Counted from the first letter of the stretch, positions 25,807 to 39,600 are shown. The stretch: DNA of 64,000 nt from Marsupella aquatica (GCA_973895155.1 OZ316896.1:20324754-20388753), one strand, 5' to 3'. Notes: generated by a model from the sequence alone, not told the origin. Program-made: numbers and translations.

Positions 25807-28135
25807 TCCATACAACTCATGGGACCAATGCAACGAATAATGTCCTGAGGCCCCGGTGGGGTCGTTGGCATGCAACGTCCGGCCAATATATGAGTTGACA
25901 TTCCCATCATTGCCAATATTGAATGATTCAATTCAACTGTAGCTCTTCCTTTAAAACCAACTGGAGTCCATTTAAGTAGATGAGTGCAGCCATAAAGTCC
26001 CATATATTAGGACTGTTGTGCCGCTGAAGGATGCCTTTCCGCCCGTCTTCTTGTCACTCTTCCTCCATGCATTGCTAAACCCCTAACCCCAAAACCCCAA
26101 AACCTGCTGGGAACACTGTCATTGTTCTGAACAATTCAAGCAATCCTGTTGACTCGGCTGGTGCACAAGCCAGCAAGACAGAAGTTGAGATCTGCCACTG
26201 CCACAGTAGTGGAGCAGAAGAAGCACTTCGTTTCGTCTTCCTGGTTCCCACATTTAATCATCCAATCATCCGTTGTCGCCCGAGAAAGGCACTAAGGCAG
26301 CAAATGAGAAGAAAGAGCTCGGAGAAGCCCCTCCTCACCTCCTCACCACTGCCTCTCCATCTGCTCTGTTTCCTCATTCTCGGTGCTCAATTCTACTCTC
26401 GTCCCAAGGTGCCCTGACCGGGACCGGATCGGACCTCAATGCATTTTTCCATCATCCACTCCACTCCTTGATTCATTGCACCTCTCTCGTGTGCTGCTGG
26501 TACTCCCGATCCCGTAGGATTTCTTCTCTCGATATTGCAATTCAATCCCTTCCTAGTCATCCACTGCTTCATTCATTCTCCGTCTCAAATCCTCGAAGTC
26601 TGAAACCTTTAGAGCTTCATCAGCAGCTTTCACCCAACAATGAGCAAGGAGGCGGGAAAGGCCTTTCAAACGATTATGCTACTCTAGGCAGAAAATTGTG
26701 TCGATGCTCTAGAGCTGAACCCCGCCATTTTCTTGATTCAATTGTTTTATTATACCTCCCCAAATTTGCACAAAGTACACCACACCTGCCTATTTAAAAG
26801 CCCCATTCCTTTCATTCCTGTCCTATGTAATTACCATAAAAAGGTGGAGCCCAAACTCATTCCTAGTGAAATTGAATGTGTGCATTTGTGTAATGGGAGC
26901 CACCTGTGGCTCTTATATAGGTAGTTGTGGTTTAAGATGCCCCCCAAATTAATTTAGGAGATGCTCTACAGCACCCGCCATATTCTTGATCCCTATGTTA
27001 CCCCCAAAATAACACAAGGCACTTAAGTTGCCCCCAAACTAAAGAGAAAATTGCTCTATTGCAGAGAATTGGACTGCCAAGCTAAGATTGATGACTTAGG
27101 AGCTTAGCAGACTCAAGCACTTGGATTGTGCAGACGATATTGATGTTGGGGGCAACTTAGGAATTAAATTAGTTGTGGAGGTTAACTTGATCATGTTGGA
27201 CAGTTTCGGGGTCAGCTTGTATTCAACTGCTTGAGTCTGCTAAATGTGCTCGACCGTTAACCTTCGGTCAGTACTTTGCTGAGGAGTGATGCTGATACTA
27301 TTAATTTCACTATCAGGGGCACTATCAACAAATAACACTATTCAAGGGGCTACCCCCTGGCAGCTGGCATCTATCCTGACTGTCAGTCTTCATGTAGACT
27401 ATTCAATTTTAATAGGGAGCAGTTATGAAATGGTTTGCAAATTGCGAAGAGGAAGCAAGGAAGGATTTACAGAGGGCCATATGTGCCCCACATCAGCGTT
27501 TTGCCATTGCAAGAAACCCCTTTAGAAGGCTCTATCAGCATGAGATCAAGGACATTTTGCTAGGCATTGTGATTTGCATGATATGATTGTCAAAAACACT
27601 ATGTAAGCTAATAAATCAGCATTTTTAATAAAGTTTCAGAATGTTCATAAAATATGTATTGTAAAATTTTCCCAAGTTTCACATTCAAACATTGCCTAAA
27701 GTTTTGTCCCCTTCGCCTTGCCCTCTGCTTGGGTTTTTTAATATGTTCTTGGAGCAAACCTGTTGAACACCAATTTCAAGGGGAATTTCAACCATGCACC
27801 TTTTGACTCATAATGACCATGCACACCATTGTGATATAGTGGTTGCCTTAAAGAATTAATAAAAGAATTCATTTTACATATTAGTCCTTAGTTGTTAGCA
27901 CATTAGTTACTCAAAAAGCATTGTGTCACCACTTACAAGGAGCTTGCCCTTGAGCGTGTTGTTGATTTCACAGTTGGCGCAAAAGTATTGTTGCAGACAA
28001 AGCCAAGCCAGTGACATCATGGCATCATGCAGTGCTGCTGACTATTCATCAGGGGGATAGGGTGCGCAAGGGCAATGAGAGGAGGGATGCTAGGGCAAAA
28101 GGAAGGTGGAAGATCATGCGGGGGAGGCAATTGTT

Positions 28136-28474
28136 TGTTAGTCATGTACTCTTAGGTCTAGATTGCAATTTTAGCTAAAGTTAGACTAACCCTTAGTTGC
28201 GGACTTGGTTAGGTTAGTTGTGTTGCACAATATACACAAGCGGACGTTTTCTTGTTAGAACGGACTTAGGCTCATTGTTACAGAGTTAATTGAGAGATAG
28301 AGAGATCTTGTATTGCAGAGACTAAGTATGGCTGATAGGCCTAGAAGGCAATAACGCTCCTGTGCATTCTCGTGGACATAACCTCATCTGAGGTGAACCA
28401 CATATTTCTTTATCTCGAACTTGTTTGTTGAATGTTCATGGGCATGCTGTTGTGAAAGTCATATTTGCTCAACA
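28136..28474 (+). mobile_element. Solo LTR, Copia-like
   Basis: TGTTA...AACA ends; 5-bp flanks TTGTT/CTGTT (4/5, TSD-like); internal GTGGACATAA..GAACCAC motif typical of Copia LTRs; interrupts a continuous G-rich tract. Confidence 0.6.
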
Positions 28475-30095
28475 CTGTTTTGCTTAAGAGGGAGGCAAAA
28501 GGCATGCAAAGGAGGGGAGGTGAAAGGGGACCCTATGAGTGGAGAAGGAAAGATGGGGTGGTGGAGGGAGTCCAGCACAAGTAAGAAAAAATGAAGGGGT
28601 GGGGAGGGGCTAGGGTGAGCCCAGTGAGAGGCAAAAAAACAATTGAACAGAGGGAGGTGTGTTGCAAGCAGGCCCTGGCTAGTGAAAATTATTTCTCAAC
28701 AACCCTCCACTTTTGTAATTATTTTTTGTAATCCATTTTGTAAATCAGACCATGGGATTGCAAAATGCGAGATTGCTTACTATGGTTGTTGGATTAGAAT
28801 AGAAGTGGTTGCCAATGTTAATTATCTGGCAAGCATAAGTGGAGTCCTATACTGTATACTTCATAACAAAATTGTATCCTTAGTAGAGACAAAATTTCTC
28901 CAACCTGGACTACTCTCGGTTGGTGATCCATCCCAATGTCAAATTCTTCAACTTCTCTTCTCTCCCCCTTTTTTAAAGATAAAGAATTCCGCCAAAGTTT
29001 ATAAACCAGGTAAAAAACAAACTACAATGAAAGAAAAAGTGGCAAAGAAATAGAGGACCAAAGAGTCTTAGGTGCCTCCACTTTTCTTTTCTTTCTCCTT
29101 TTTTTAAGTCTCAACTTCACTACAGTACTAGATTTAGAACGACACATGTTTGATGGCCTCGTTGGGGTTTCACTCAAAAGGACCTATAGATTCTCTTTCT
29201 GAAGCGAGGGCACACGCCCTCCACGCTCCTACTGTTGGACGACAAGGGCCCACAACTCCAATAAAGGCCTATTGTAGTGCCCTCATCTTACGAAGCAAAT
29301 AGTTTCAAAATGAAGTGTAATCATTATAAAGTGGAAGACAAATGCCTCAAAGATAGAGTTTCTGGTGGGGTCATAGGACGATATTGTAGATGATTGTCTC
29401 AAAGATAAAGGGAGGATGAGTAAGCAGCATAAATGGCGAACATCTATCCTTTGAAGCCACCAAACCTAATTTCTTTTATTTTTAAAACAAACTCACGGGC
29501 TTGCCACCCATGCGCCTGACCGTCTCCATGATTGTCATCAATAAACTTGCAAACCCTCTGCTTTTGATTATTCCTCATTGTCAATAAATGTGCATCCCTA
29601 TGAGCCATAACGCTTCGTTAGCCCTGACACCAAGATTCCTTGATTTAAATCCCCGTATGTGTTACTGTCAGGGATCAAGGTCGCATTTGCTATGTTTATG
29701 TTTTCAAAGACCACAAGGAAGGCGTTCCATGTAGGGTACCAATGGGCTGTTAGGCGACTGTGGCGTGTAATCTTGGGGAGTTATGGGGTGTAATCCTTGA
29801 GGGCTGTTGAGGAACATACCCACTTACCTGTGCATATGCAAGAAACATTGTTATGCAAAAGCATTGTTACTAGTGACATCATGGCCTATTCACAACCATA
29901 ACCCAAATGTCAAAATTATCCATTATCATAAAAATTATGGCCCATGATTTGACTATATTGGGTAGGTTATGAATTATACACTTTCATCAAAAATTAGACG
30001 ACAGATCACCCCAGAGCAACCAGTGGATTACCCTCCAGGTAACCTGCAGTTCTGCCCAGAATCATGTTCCCCCACTCTCTTGTTCATGAACTTAA

Positions 30096-30107
30096 GAGCA
30101 TCTCCAA
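30096..30107. mobile_element. Tourist-type TIR end (partner end decayed)
   Basis: TAA followed by GAGCATCTCCAA, the same TIR as at 1830; only a weak right end near 30363-30378. Another orphan end GGAGATGCTC lies at 26957-26966. Confidence 0.4.
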
Positions 30108-33100
30108 TGGGTATGCATGCTTGCCTGCCCCAATGCTTTGACCATCCCCGGGAATTAAGCCAGCAAATTGAAAACCCCTGGTGCCATCCTTGGCTTCCAC
30201 AGGACAATTAGGTCGAGGAGGTTACTATGCACTTGATGCACCCTCAAAACCTACAGCCCATGGGTTACCCTACACATAAACCCCCAACTTGAATGTTTCT
30301 TTGTTAAGTGATTTTGGGGCATACCCCACGGGTGAGGTACCTCTCCATCCTGGTCTTTACTGCCCATTAGGGTGTGTCAAAATAAGACTATAAGTGAGAT
30401 ATGGCCAAGGACAAAACTGGTTTTATGGTAGTGACAAAACCCTTAGAGGCTACCTATACCCTTAGAGGCTACCTATAATCATGCCCAGTAAGAATCGGAC
30501 TTCCAGAAAGTCAAATATGCTTATGATTTGACAAGCCCTATTACCTCCTCTTACACTACTCTTGTAACCTGCAGTGGTGCCTAGAAATCTCCTTGTTGGG
30601 AGGGCATGCAAGGAAAGCTTGACTGCCCACCAGCCGGGCCACCAGCACCAGCTTTCTGTGCATGCCGTCTCCGTGGTGGACCGCCTGAAACGAAAAATCT
30701 GGACAGCAAAAGTGTGCGCGCGCAGAGATGAGCGCGGAGACGTCCAATGGAAGCACCGCCTTCCACTTCACGATACTGGTTACAATTTGCTGCATCTGCA
30801 GCGCTCATATTTGGTGCACGAAAATTCAATGACGGTCTGGTATATGGATGACATCAACCTGAACGTGATAGGACCCACCACAAACTTGCTGAGCCGGTTC
30901 ACCATCTTTGATTCTTTGCCATCATGGCTCCCTTTCCCTCCCTGCTTGCCTCTTAATTCCCATACAAGAGTGCAAAGGGCTGCGAACTCTCAGAAAGCAT
31001 TATTTTACAGCACTGCATCTCGAGCTCACAGGCAAATTTGAGTCGCCGAGAGAAGTCTCGAGCAGTAGAATCACCCCAGGACGATGAAATGGGAATTCTA
31101 ATCTGTTGCATTGGAAAGTTTATGTGAGGACTTCGCCAAATTCTTCACATTGAATTTTTTCGAGGCAAATTTCTCGAACTGATTCAAGGCATGCTTTCGA
31201 CAGGGAACCGTACCTTCCGTCCAAAAGGAACCAAGAAGAAAGCATAGTAATCAGACTGACGGCCAAGTGGAGGGTGAGGGTTTCCTGGGGAACACAGGAG
31301 CGCTCTTTTCACAAAAGACTTACTACTGTAGACGGGACCTGGTCATGCGGCCGCTGCTCATTGATGATTGCACCACTGGACCGCGAACTTACGAGGGAAT
31401 TACAGCCCATAGATCTGTGCATTCTCAACAGATTCATTCAGCTGCTTCCTCATTGGGTTGCGGCCTTCACGCCAGCCCGACTCACACTGTACAATAGATA
31501 GATGGTAAAGTTCATACAAACTTACCCTGGCGATCTGGATCCACTATATTGCTGTCGACCTTGCATTATTGGAGGGTAACTGTATAGTTATCACCAAGCT
31601 CATGCATAGGCTTCCTTCCTAAAACACGTTTCAAACAAAAATAAATCTGTGATGAATTGTACTGTCATCAAGAGAACGATACAGTGATAAAGTCAGACAG
31701 TAAACTCCAAAACTTGAAAGCTGCAGGTTTGATCAAACAGGAACGCTCGAACCAACTGCTCCAACACAATCATTCTGATTTCTGAGCAGCAAATGGGTAC
31801 AGTTCCACAGTCTCTTGTCCATTACTGTCCATTTTTACCACATTCCTCGATCACCTGTGGTGGGTTTTTTTGCGGGCCTGTCACTCACTGTCATAGTGTC
31901 ATTTCTGGACTACATCTCAGTTCCATGTGAGGGAAACAGAGGAGAAAGGAAACAACCATCTACTAGTGCTTAAATCCAAACCGTAGACCAGGAATCTCTC
32001 GTGGGCTTTTAATAACCAACAACAGCCTACAACAAGCCATGCACAAGAGTACAAACAATGATGGGCGCCGTGGACAAATTATCGCCAGGGATTTTTCCCA
32101 TTTTAAAATCGGAGCACCCAAATTAGACCACGTAGATCGAATCACAACCTGAGTTTGAGACACGCGTATACCTGCTCCATTGAGCATGTTGTGCTTGTGG
32201 TATGGTCACCCGAGGAACCGACCTCGCAGAATGTTTCTGCTAATCCACCGTCACTTTGTTCGATCGAGCACCCTACAATTTTACTAATGTTGGACCTTCT
32301 GGACATGAGGTAAGTGTGAAACCTGATCTAGTTGCACATTTTCGGTGTGAAACCTGAGGTCAGTTTGAGGTGAGGTTTAGTTAGGCCATTTCCCCCACAT
32401 TCAACGCTTTTTGGATTCTAATGACGACATCTAGTACAAATTTCTTGCAAATTCTGTGGAAATTCTTGCAGAATTACAGACATCAGTAAAAGCTATAAGA
32501 GACTGGGGAAGGGCATTTTGAGATTTATACTCTTCTTGTCTCCTGGGAAGAAAGAGAGTAACATCTCAATTTGCATAAAATTTGAGTTTGTCTTAAAATG
32601 TAAATGAAGGACAAGAATTTTAACCAAAATAGTCGGAGTGATCTAGAGCCCTACTCTGTTTGGGCATTGTAGCCCACAGGGCGTAACAATTATATACTAA
32701 GAAAAATACATTTGAAGTAGGACGAATGGATTCAGACTAAAAACATTACTTAGCTTGAGTAGTGCTTTCAGTAGAGAAATACAATTCCTCGGAATATATT
32801 CTCTTTTCTTCAAGTAATCAATCTGTGAAAACCCCACGGGAAGGGGAAACAAACCAAAGCACACTGACAATTCAGAGTAGAGAAATATACTTGTTGGGCC
32901 TTTCTTCTTAAACTTCTTAATTTTTTGAATGGAAACTGTGAATGATCTAATAGTTAACATCACATAGGAGTAAGCAATGGCGCATACAAATTTCCTTTTG
33001 AAAGCGCAGTTAACGCTCCTGAAGTGCACACTCTTGGGAAGGCGGATCCAGTGTGCACTAAAACCACCCTTGATAAGTGCAAACCCCCTTAAACTTGCAC

Positions 33101-33407
33101 TTCTCAATAAGCAGCCTCGGTCGTGAGCAGTGTTGTGACTTGTTGCACAAATTGTACATCCCTGCCCTAAATTTTTGAGGGGAAAAGCCTGGCAATGAGT
33201 GGAAGCCAACAGGGCCAGAGCGCCAAAATACAGCAAACTACTTGCCACTCAAATTATGTTCCCATTTGGGGTTTGGTGGCCTTGGCCACCTCTAAGGCCA
33301 TTTTTGTGTGTTTGTTTCTTCACCGTCAATGGCCACCTCTAAGGCCATTTTTGTGTGTGTGTTTCTTCACTTTCAATAAAAGTTGGCAGATCCACTCCCC
33401 TAGTTTG

Positions 33408-33649
33408 CAAGCCAGTTCCGCTGCTTGCTCTCCTGTTCATAGTTTAAATCTTGTTGAACAAAATGAAGTGACAAATGGGAGTCTTAATCTAAGATGGGAG
33501 AGAATCCAAGCCTTTCAACTGATCCCAAAAATCTCCAAGCCAGTTGGGCTGCTTGCTCTCCTGTTCATATTTTAATTCTAGATGAACTAACTGAAGTGAC
33601 ATACGGGAGTCAAAGGCTAAGATGAAATTTCTATCCAAGCCTGTGAACT
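33408..33649. repeat. ~128-bp period diverged tandem duplication
   Basis: CAAGCCAGTT..GCTGCTTGCTCTCCTGTTCATA..TGAAGTGACA..GGGAGTC..CTAAGATG..ATCCAAGCCT occurs at ~33408 and ~33536. A separate 28-bp duplication GGCCACCTCTAAGGCCATTTTTGTGTGT lies at 33284 and 33331. Confidence 0.8.
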
Positions 33650-36600
33650 CGGAGGGAATAATGAGAATCAAACACTTTTACTCTAAATCCAGGTAAATGG
33701 GGCTTTGCGTTTTCCCAGTTTTTTAACTTTGTTGTCCCCCTTTTATCGGATTTTTTGGCTTTTAGTATCATGTCTCCCCGTTAGGCGTTGTTTTCCTTTG
33801 CACTTCTTTATATTAAATAAATCCATGTATCTAAATATTAGTCAGCACACGTACACTTTTTCATAGATCCCAACAGGGCTATCCAAAGGGAATGCGATCC
33901 TATCCGGGCATTGGTCCGAGCATACTGTGCAATAATATGATAACAACAATAATACGTAATACGTACAGCACACTGAACATTGGCTGCCACGCACTATATA
34001 CGGAGTAAAATACGGTGGCATGCATTGTGAGGAGCATGCCAATGATGACGTGGAATGCATGTATGCACGCATGAACTGGATTGGCCAGACATGGGCTCCA
34101 ATGGGGAGCGCTCGCGGGCACTGCACCGCAAAAGACAGAAAGCGTTCCCTGTTTTCCGTTCGCCCCACATATCAACTTTGAGGGAAAAATGTTTCGACCT
34201 ATTGAGAGTACACAATCAGCATTTTAGTTATCCACTTTTTACTACCCTACGGCAGTAAAATAATACTTGCCACGAAATTATTTTTATTATTGGGTTGGGC
34301 AGATTTCATTTATGGGTGGGCTTGACTCTGTTAGACTAACCAGAGATGGCATGAGCTTGATTTGCGGAGACATGGAGGTTTGTGATTCCCACGAGCTAAC
34401 CCCTCCAACCATACCTTCATCCTGGACCAGTTTCCCCCATCCTAAACTCACCGGATTGCAGGCATTGACTACATTCTATGAGTAAAACCTATCACACTTT
34501 TGGTCCCCCTTGTTTCCCCACTGTCACACAGTTGGAGAGGGTTAGCTTGGATGAATTACAGATATGCACATGTCCACAGACCCATTACATCCCATCTTGG
34601 ATTAGTCTAGTCTGGTTAAGCCAACCCATATACAAAATGGAGAGCAACCTAATAGTTATATAATTATTTGGGAAGGATAGTAATTTTCACCAGTTTGTGG
34701 CACAGGAAATTTTTTTAAACAGTTTTAGTTATCTATGAATGTGTAGTAAGAGTTTAAGTCATTTGAAGCTCAATAACGACAATCAAGTGATCAATCAACT
34801 GTCAACTATTGAATGTGAACAAAGACGGTCAAGAGCGGGTCCTGAGAATTTATATTGTTTCAATGAGCAAGACATTTAGAGAATGGATGGAAAATCTATA
34901 GGGTGTTGGAAGGCATAGAAACAATGAATGGAAGAAGAGAACAAAATGTCGTCACAATCATTCAAACCTTTAAGTTTGGACGGGACTTCAACAGCTCCTC
35001 GTGTGATTATAAAACTCTGATTCTGAATATGTATTATCCAAATCACGATACAATTTCTGGAGATCCCATGACATCTTAAAAATTCTTTTCCAGAAATAAA
35101 ACTTTGTATTGCAGTTTCAGCCAAGCTTATTCTACAGTGTTTTTTAGTCATAAGCTCTGACTGAATCTACATCCGATCTGTAAACTCGGACCGGATCCCA
35201 AAACGCTTATCATAAATCCATGTCATCCACGTCATCCATGCAGGTCCCTATCATATCCCATGCAAATTTGGGATCCTTTAAGAGCAAAAGGTTGGGGATA
35301 TACCATGATTCATGCATAGAGAACTATTGCTACTCTGCCTCATCAATAAACTTATGAGTGTTTCATGCAAATGGAATAAATTTTGCACAGTGTGCAATTG
35401 TTTCACCCTTAGGCCTTAGATTTGACCTGTAGATTTTGCAATAACTGCTTTCCAGTTTAATAAAGAATTGAGATGGAGATAGGTCAGAAATGATGTTAAT
35501 TTGGACAAAGGCTGTGTAACCATTTAACTCCAAAATCTACCGTAGCAGCGTTGAGACCCAAACCTGTGATCACTTGCACAAGGGAAAGATATTATTTGAG
35601 ATTATACTAACATCTGACAATGGTCCGTTGGATATGGTCCATCCTAGTTACTTGTCTAATATGATCTACCAAGGCCAAGGCTTATTTGGAGATCTCATTG
35701 GCTTTTTCTTCTATCATCTTATATTCGTTATCTAAAGCTACTCTTTGGGCTTACAACCTAGAGTGAAGCGACTGTGACTGGGCAATAATGAGGATAGGGG
35801 TGCTGACGGACAAAGGTGATTGGGGTCAGCTCACTGGAAAACATTTGTGCATGACTCCAGTGACCAGGAACAAGGCATTAGGCTTGAATGTCAACTGATA
35901 AGCACTAATCTATTTTTTCACAAGGTCTATTAAGTCCCAATCCCTATTTAGTTTCAAAAGGGGGCAGTCAGACTACTGTCTTCCCCTGAACATAGAGTCA
36001 GAGCCTTGTATCTGAATACTGCCCATGGGGGCTCTATTTGAATAGTGCGCCTGAGGTTTTGTATTTGAGTTTTGACTATGTACATGAAGGGCATTCTGTT
36101 TGGAAACGGGTGTTGTGTTCAAATGTTGGTTTTGCGTTTGAGTGTTGGCCTTGTCATATGATTCATAAATGTTTGACCGTATGTGCTCAATTAGAACAAT
36201 TTGAACATAACATCAATATTAATATGTTCAAATGTGTTTTCAGTAAGGCACCCAAAAAACATTTAATTCTATTGTCCAACCCAATACCTAGGCACAATAC
36301 CTGGGCGCTTTGTTTGGGAAAAGACGACAGTTACTGTAGTCACTGCATAATATTCCCTCGTGCCTGATTCCCTTTGAACCCCATGAACTTTAGTTCCTCA
36401 CTAGTGAGAAACTTTGAATTCCGTGGTCAAAGAGGACTCTATAGTAGCACAGTAATTATTACTCACTCTTAGCGGGCGAGAGTTTATCTCGATTGCAAAA
36501 GCATGCTATTTGGGCCCACATACTGGATGAAAGCAACAGAGAGGATAGGCTTTTCCTTTTCCAGTCTACACGGAAAGAAGCCCTTCGGCCCTCGCCAATT

Positions 36601-39600
36601 GTAAAAGACCACGCCATAGAAGGTGAATAAGAAGAATTAAAAAAAGGTGAAGGAGAAACACGATGCCAGAATTCGGGAAGACTTCTCTGGCTTGGAATTA
36701 AAATCAACGGTGTAGGATTGGTATATTTCACGTAACTAGAAGGAATACCCGTGCATGTTCATTCACCTAGGAGTTTTGTGCATTTCCCTCTTCACAATCA
36801 TAGTCTACATATTTAGATTCTAGTACCAGAGAAACTATCACCTGTAACGTCACTCTACCAAGGTAGATCATGATTAATACTTTGATAGCGGAGTGTAGTA
36901 AAGAATTATTTACAGCACTATTGATAGAGTTAAGTAATGCCAGAGTTAGCATAAGTTCAAAGGTTGTATATATTTCACTTGTCATGCAATTGGTTGAGTT
37001 TCTTTGATGACAATGTAATGCATCATTTAGAAAATTTATAATGTTTATTTGCAAAGACCTAATGGGACCCTGCAATCCTGTCCTGCAAGTTAAGCCAGAC
37101 AATTCAATGAGCTGCTTGTGTGTGTCACCTGTGGAAGCATTCAGAAGTAATGATAATTAGATAAATTACTTGGGCCCTTAAGACTTACCATAGTCACTGA
37201 TAAATATTTCCTTCCTCCAATCCTCTGGATTTCTGAACTTGGGGGCAATGATAGAGTTGCATTCTCTGACGAAAATCATGATTACTTGGGAAGGTTACAT
37301 TGCTTGTTTCAACCTCCTTACTCCATTCAAATTTTGTCGTTGAAACTCCATTCTGTCGAACCACAAATGCACCATCAGGATGATAGACTGAAGCTATTAT
37401 CAGACGTGTTTAGCCAGGAGTAAGTGGTACAGCTCTCGGATTCACGCCACCCAAGCACAAGCTCTTTAGCACTCATCCCAAACAAAGTAGCGTACACAAG
37501 GAGCTATTTACACTTGTGTCAAAATTGCAAGGGGAAAGAGTGTGGATCAAGCTGCCTAATGTCTTGAGTTACCACTTGCAAGTGCACTTGCTATGTAGTG
37601 CAAAGGCCCATATTGGCACAAATCTGGGACAAAGTTGGCAAGGTGCAAACCAGCCTCGACGCTATTCTCTTTCCATTGAAATTAAAGGCAGACAAGAACC
37701 AAGTTCCTAAAAGGGACCAAAGAGAGCACACTGGAGTAAACGCAACAGTGGTCCAGAGAGGACAAACACAAAAGGCAAATGCAAACTTAAAAGGAACAGA
37801 AAATGCAAACCCAAAAATCTAGGAAAGAAGTAAGTATTGAAATGCGTGGAAAACCCACATTCTGCTGGGATCTGTCGTTTGAGTTGCCCCGCAAACTTTA
37901 GAGCAAGTGAAAACCATAGCAAAAGGGCTCCTTGTGTTTTTTTTCTGTAGCGGCCAGTTTTATCAACGACCGGTGATTTCGTCGTCGCCTTAAAAGCTGA
38001 CGTTCTTTTTACGTTGTTGTTCACTCCGACAGCTTTTTGTTTCCTGAAATCTGTGTCAATTTTCTCTTTCCCTCTCACATTTCGCCCCTCAAATGAAATT
38101 GAATGTTTGGCCAATGAAGCAAACTGGCCAATTTAATGCCAGCTTTCGTCCAACTCTGACTGACAGAGCATGTTTTTACCAATGGGTTTTTTTGAATGCA
38201 CACTGTTACGAATTTAATAAAATTCAAAGTGACAGATTAAAAACTTTATATCACACGGAGCAAATTAATGTTCTGTGTCAGTGTGTCAGTGAGAAACTTT
38301 ACTGTTGCACGAGAACAATCGGTGTGAATCAAGAATTCAAACTCATTGGAGGCTCGAGCTGAGCTGATCAGACCTGAAGCTTAATTTAGCTGTCTATAGA
38401 CGACGATTCTCAAGTGAATGAGACAAGGGAATAGGAGAAAATATCTCTTTACAATGTAATTCGAGGTGACTCGAACGGTACAGTAAGGTGAATTGGTGGG
38501 GACTGTCTGCTCAGAGTTGGATTCGGCACAGTAGGCATATGCTTGATTCGACCATCGTCGGGATTTGGAAAGTTGGACAAAATCAATCATTCCAGGAAAG
38601 AAAAAAAGTCATTTCTTAAATCACGACTTTTGAGGAGAAACCTGCCAGCGTGGATATGTCGACGTAAGTGCATTATTCGTTCGATCTCGATCCCTTGCAA
38701 GACCTCCACCAGAGAGAGGAGCAGGAGGAGCAATTACGAAGAATATGCTTGCCAAGAACTGCTGCACAATGGTATGCAGCAAAGCTTTTCGGAGCATGGA
38801 GTGCAGCTCTCACAGCCGATGAGACCTTTCAGCAGAGCTTCCAGTTCGAAGGATTGGAGTGAAGCTCTGAAGAACTCGATGCCCATGAGACCTGATGCAA
38901 ACTTTCCGTGTCTACTGATGCTATGACAAAAGAAGCTTTACAGGTCTGTAGTAGGCGTACTTTAAAGTAACTGAGGCAAACAATTCTTGGATACTGTCAG
39001 GCCAACAACAGCCGCTTCAGCACAGTACAAAAACCTTCCAACAGTTTTGAGAAGACAAGCATCTAAACCGGAAAGTGCACAGGTAGAGTTGAAATTTTGA
39101 AACCGGAGCAAGGAGTATGACTCTTGCTGCTGCACACCATTTTCTATTTACCCAGAAACGAACTGAGTGTGTGGAAACAGGAAGATGTCGTCTGATTTAA
39201 CGCATTGAACTATACTGAACTCAATTGCCAAACATTTTTCTAGCCTGACTAAGCATCGACGAACTACAGTAACTGCTGCTACTGTCAAGGGCCAGCCATG
39301 AGCAACACTAAGACACAGTTGGGAAGCCCAAGTCGGCCAAGCCCAACTCTGCAATTAATCTAAAGTACGCTACACTACGTTCAAAATTGATAAGGGCTGA
39401 TTTGCTTAACAGCCCATATTGGTGTCCCCTAGCCTGAAGTCCCCCTACCTGACTCAACCCCTATTTCTCCGCCTCCCCCGTCTCCGTCTCCGTCTCGCCT
39501 TCCTCACTTCATCCAATAATCGATCTCCAGATTTGATCGCAGTTTTGTGTTTCTTGTATAGTAATCTATTGGCGTCTTTTACCCTCGAACAGGGTTCCCA

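Noticed and set aside
25780-26260. Telomerase RNA candidate (CTAAACCCT template, TCCCACAT motif)
   Set aside because: The USE-like motif is downstream of the template-like repeat and has no TATA box; the G-rich 5' and C-rich 3' closing stem is absent. A telo-box explains it better.
30574-33575. ORFs of 126-183 aa (30574, 32697, 33195)
   Set aside because: No domain motifs, non-ATG starts for two of them, and overlap with repeats or low-complexity DNA.
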